64,000 nt of DNA from the human T2T-CHM13v2.0 reference genome, Homo sapiens, in NCBI RefSeq assembly GCF_009914755.1, contig NC_060933.1; one strand, 5' to 3'. The translations under genes and the position numbers were made by a program. This document shows, in pieces, positions 62,734-64,000 of the stretch (positions are counted from its first letter, which is position 1; every line of letters begins with the position of its first letter). Under the pieces are notes generated by a model that was given only the letters and a program-made list of their open reading frames with translations, had not been told where the DNA came from and did not search any database.

Positions 62734-64000
62734 GACAATCAAGTTTCTTAAGAAAAGTCAGTGAGTGTTCCCCAAACTGAAAGTGAAAAGAGTAGATACA
62801 GTATGGAGAAGGGGAAGTTCTTCCCAAGTTTCTGAATGGTTCAAAATGGATCATAAAACCTCTTTTTACTTTTGTTACTTTTCTGGTTTTGAATCATCAA
62901 GATGCAGGTGTGGTTCTCAAACAGGTCCAGAATGGGCTGCATAAGGCTGTAGAGATCTCAGTGTCATGCAGTGGGCAAATGTGAATGGGGATGCCGGAGG
63001 CTTGGTAAAAATTGTTTTAACATTCTTGTTTGGATAAAACAGTGCCCAGGTCATTTATAACAGTCTGAGTTTTAACACAGATAAAAAGTTACTACAGTTA
63101 GAGGCCTGATGTCAGGCCAAGGTGACAAGCAACAACCTGGGTGAATTTTGAAATGTGTAAGGTTCCTGAGAAGTTCCCAGGGTACCCTGGAGAGGCTATC
63201 TTGGTAGAATACTAGTAGCTCAGATGTTGGATATTTGGCTATTAAAGGACTCCTGAGCCCAGAACATCTAGGGCTGTTGGGGTTATATGACTACCATCAC
63301 CCCCAAAATGAAATCGCCTTTCAACTCAGTTGTTCTCTACAACTAGGAATACTGACTCTTACTTTTGTTTCAGTTAAACTCAGGGAAAGCATCACATCAG
63401 AGTTAGAGGTGGGAAATTAGATCTATTCTGCACCGACAATAGCACTCCGCATTACACACCAAAACACACAGATGATAGTTTTGTCTATTTAAGCAATATA
63501 AGGCTCCTACTAATTTTTTTTAGAAATTGTTATCAATTCCTTTTTATGAAAAATTACCACTGAGGTATTGTTCCTTTTTTTCCAGCACAGTTGAAATTGT
63601 ACGTGGTAGGGAAGTTTTTAATTAGTCCATTCTGAGCAGGAACGGTGTGTGCTCACTGCAGTAGGAGCCTAATAAATTACTTCATAATCTCAATTGGAGG
63701 CTTTGTGTCTGAAAATACTCATTAGTTTGCACCAGCAGCCGTCAGCTTCCCATGAAAGGTCTTAGAACCATGCTGCAGTAGGTTTAGATCAAGTTGCTTG
63801 GAGCAGAACTTCTGGGGCGGTGAAAACAAACAGGCCATACAGATCTCAGCTGCAGGGTCTGGGGATAAAACAACTTGGAAACTCCATGTCAGCCCCTTCT
63901 GCCCATGCCACACTTTCCTGCTTACAAAGCTCTTCTTCCACCCCGAAAAAGCTTTTCCATCTTCAAATCATTCCAGTGACCCCCTTTTTTGAAGTGTGGA

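Overview
Eukaryotic, hominoid primate genomic DNA (Alu, L1PA, SVA, THE1, MER41, MADE1). I recognise no intact host protein-coding exon, rRNA, tRNA or CRISPR array, and the long ORFs are LINE-1 ORF1/ORF2 or repeat-derived noise. Main contents: a complete THE1 MaLR provirus (1773-4002), a cluster of hAT MITEs inside an L2 (9.0-10.8 kb), and a full-length processed SNRPC (U1-C) pseudogene with a perfect 15-bp TSD (18001-18764). A 14-kb nest follows (23.0-37.1 kb): a MIR is split by an L1MA1/2, which carries an AluY and a full-length L1PA5-like element, and the MIR tail is hit by an SVA_A-type element. Further on are a MADE1 hairpin inside an AluJ (50842-50921) and a full-length L1PA2/3-like element inside a MER41A LTR (52575-58600), with intact ORF1 and antisense ORF0 but a broken ORF2. 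The strongest unexplained structure is about 1.65 kb of non-L1 DNA (32455-34106) between the L1PA5 tail and its 3' target-site duplication, which indicates an L1 3' transduction from another locus. A splice-site-bounded non-coding exon candidate between inverted Alus (16502-16622) also deserves a look. Subfamily names come from recalled consensus features, not a database search; boundaries of ancient repeats are approximate.
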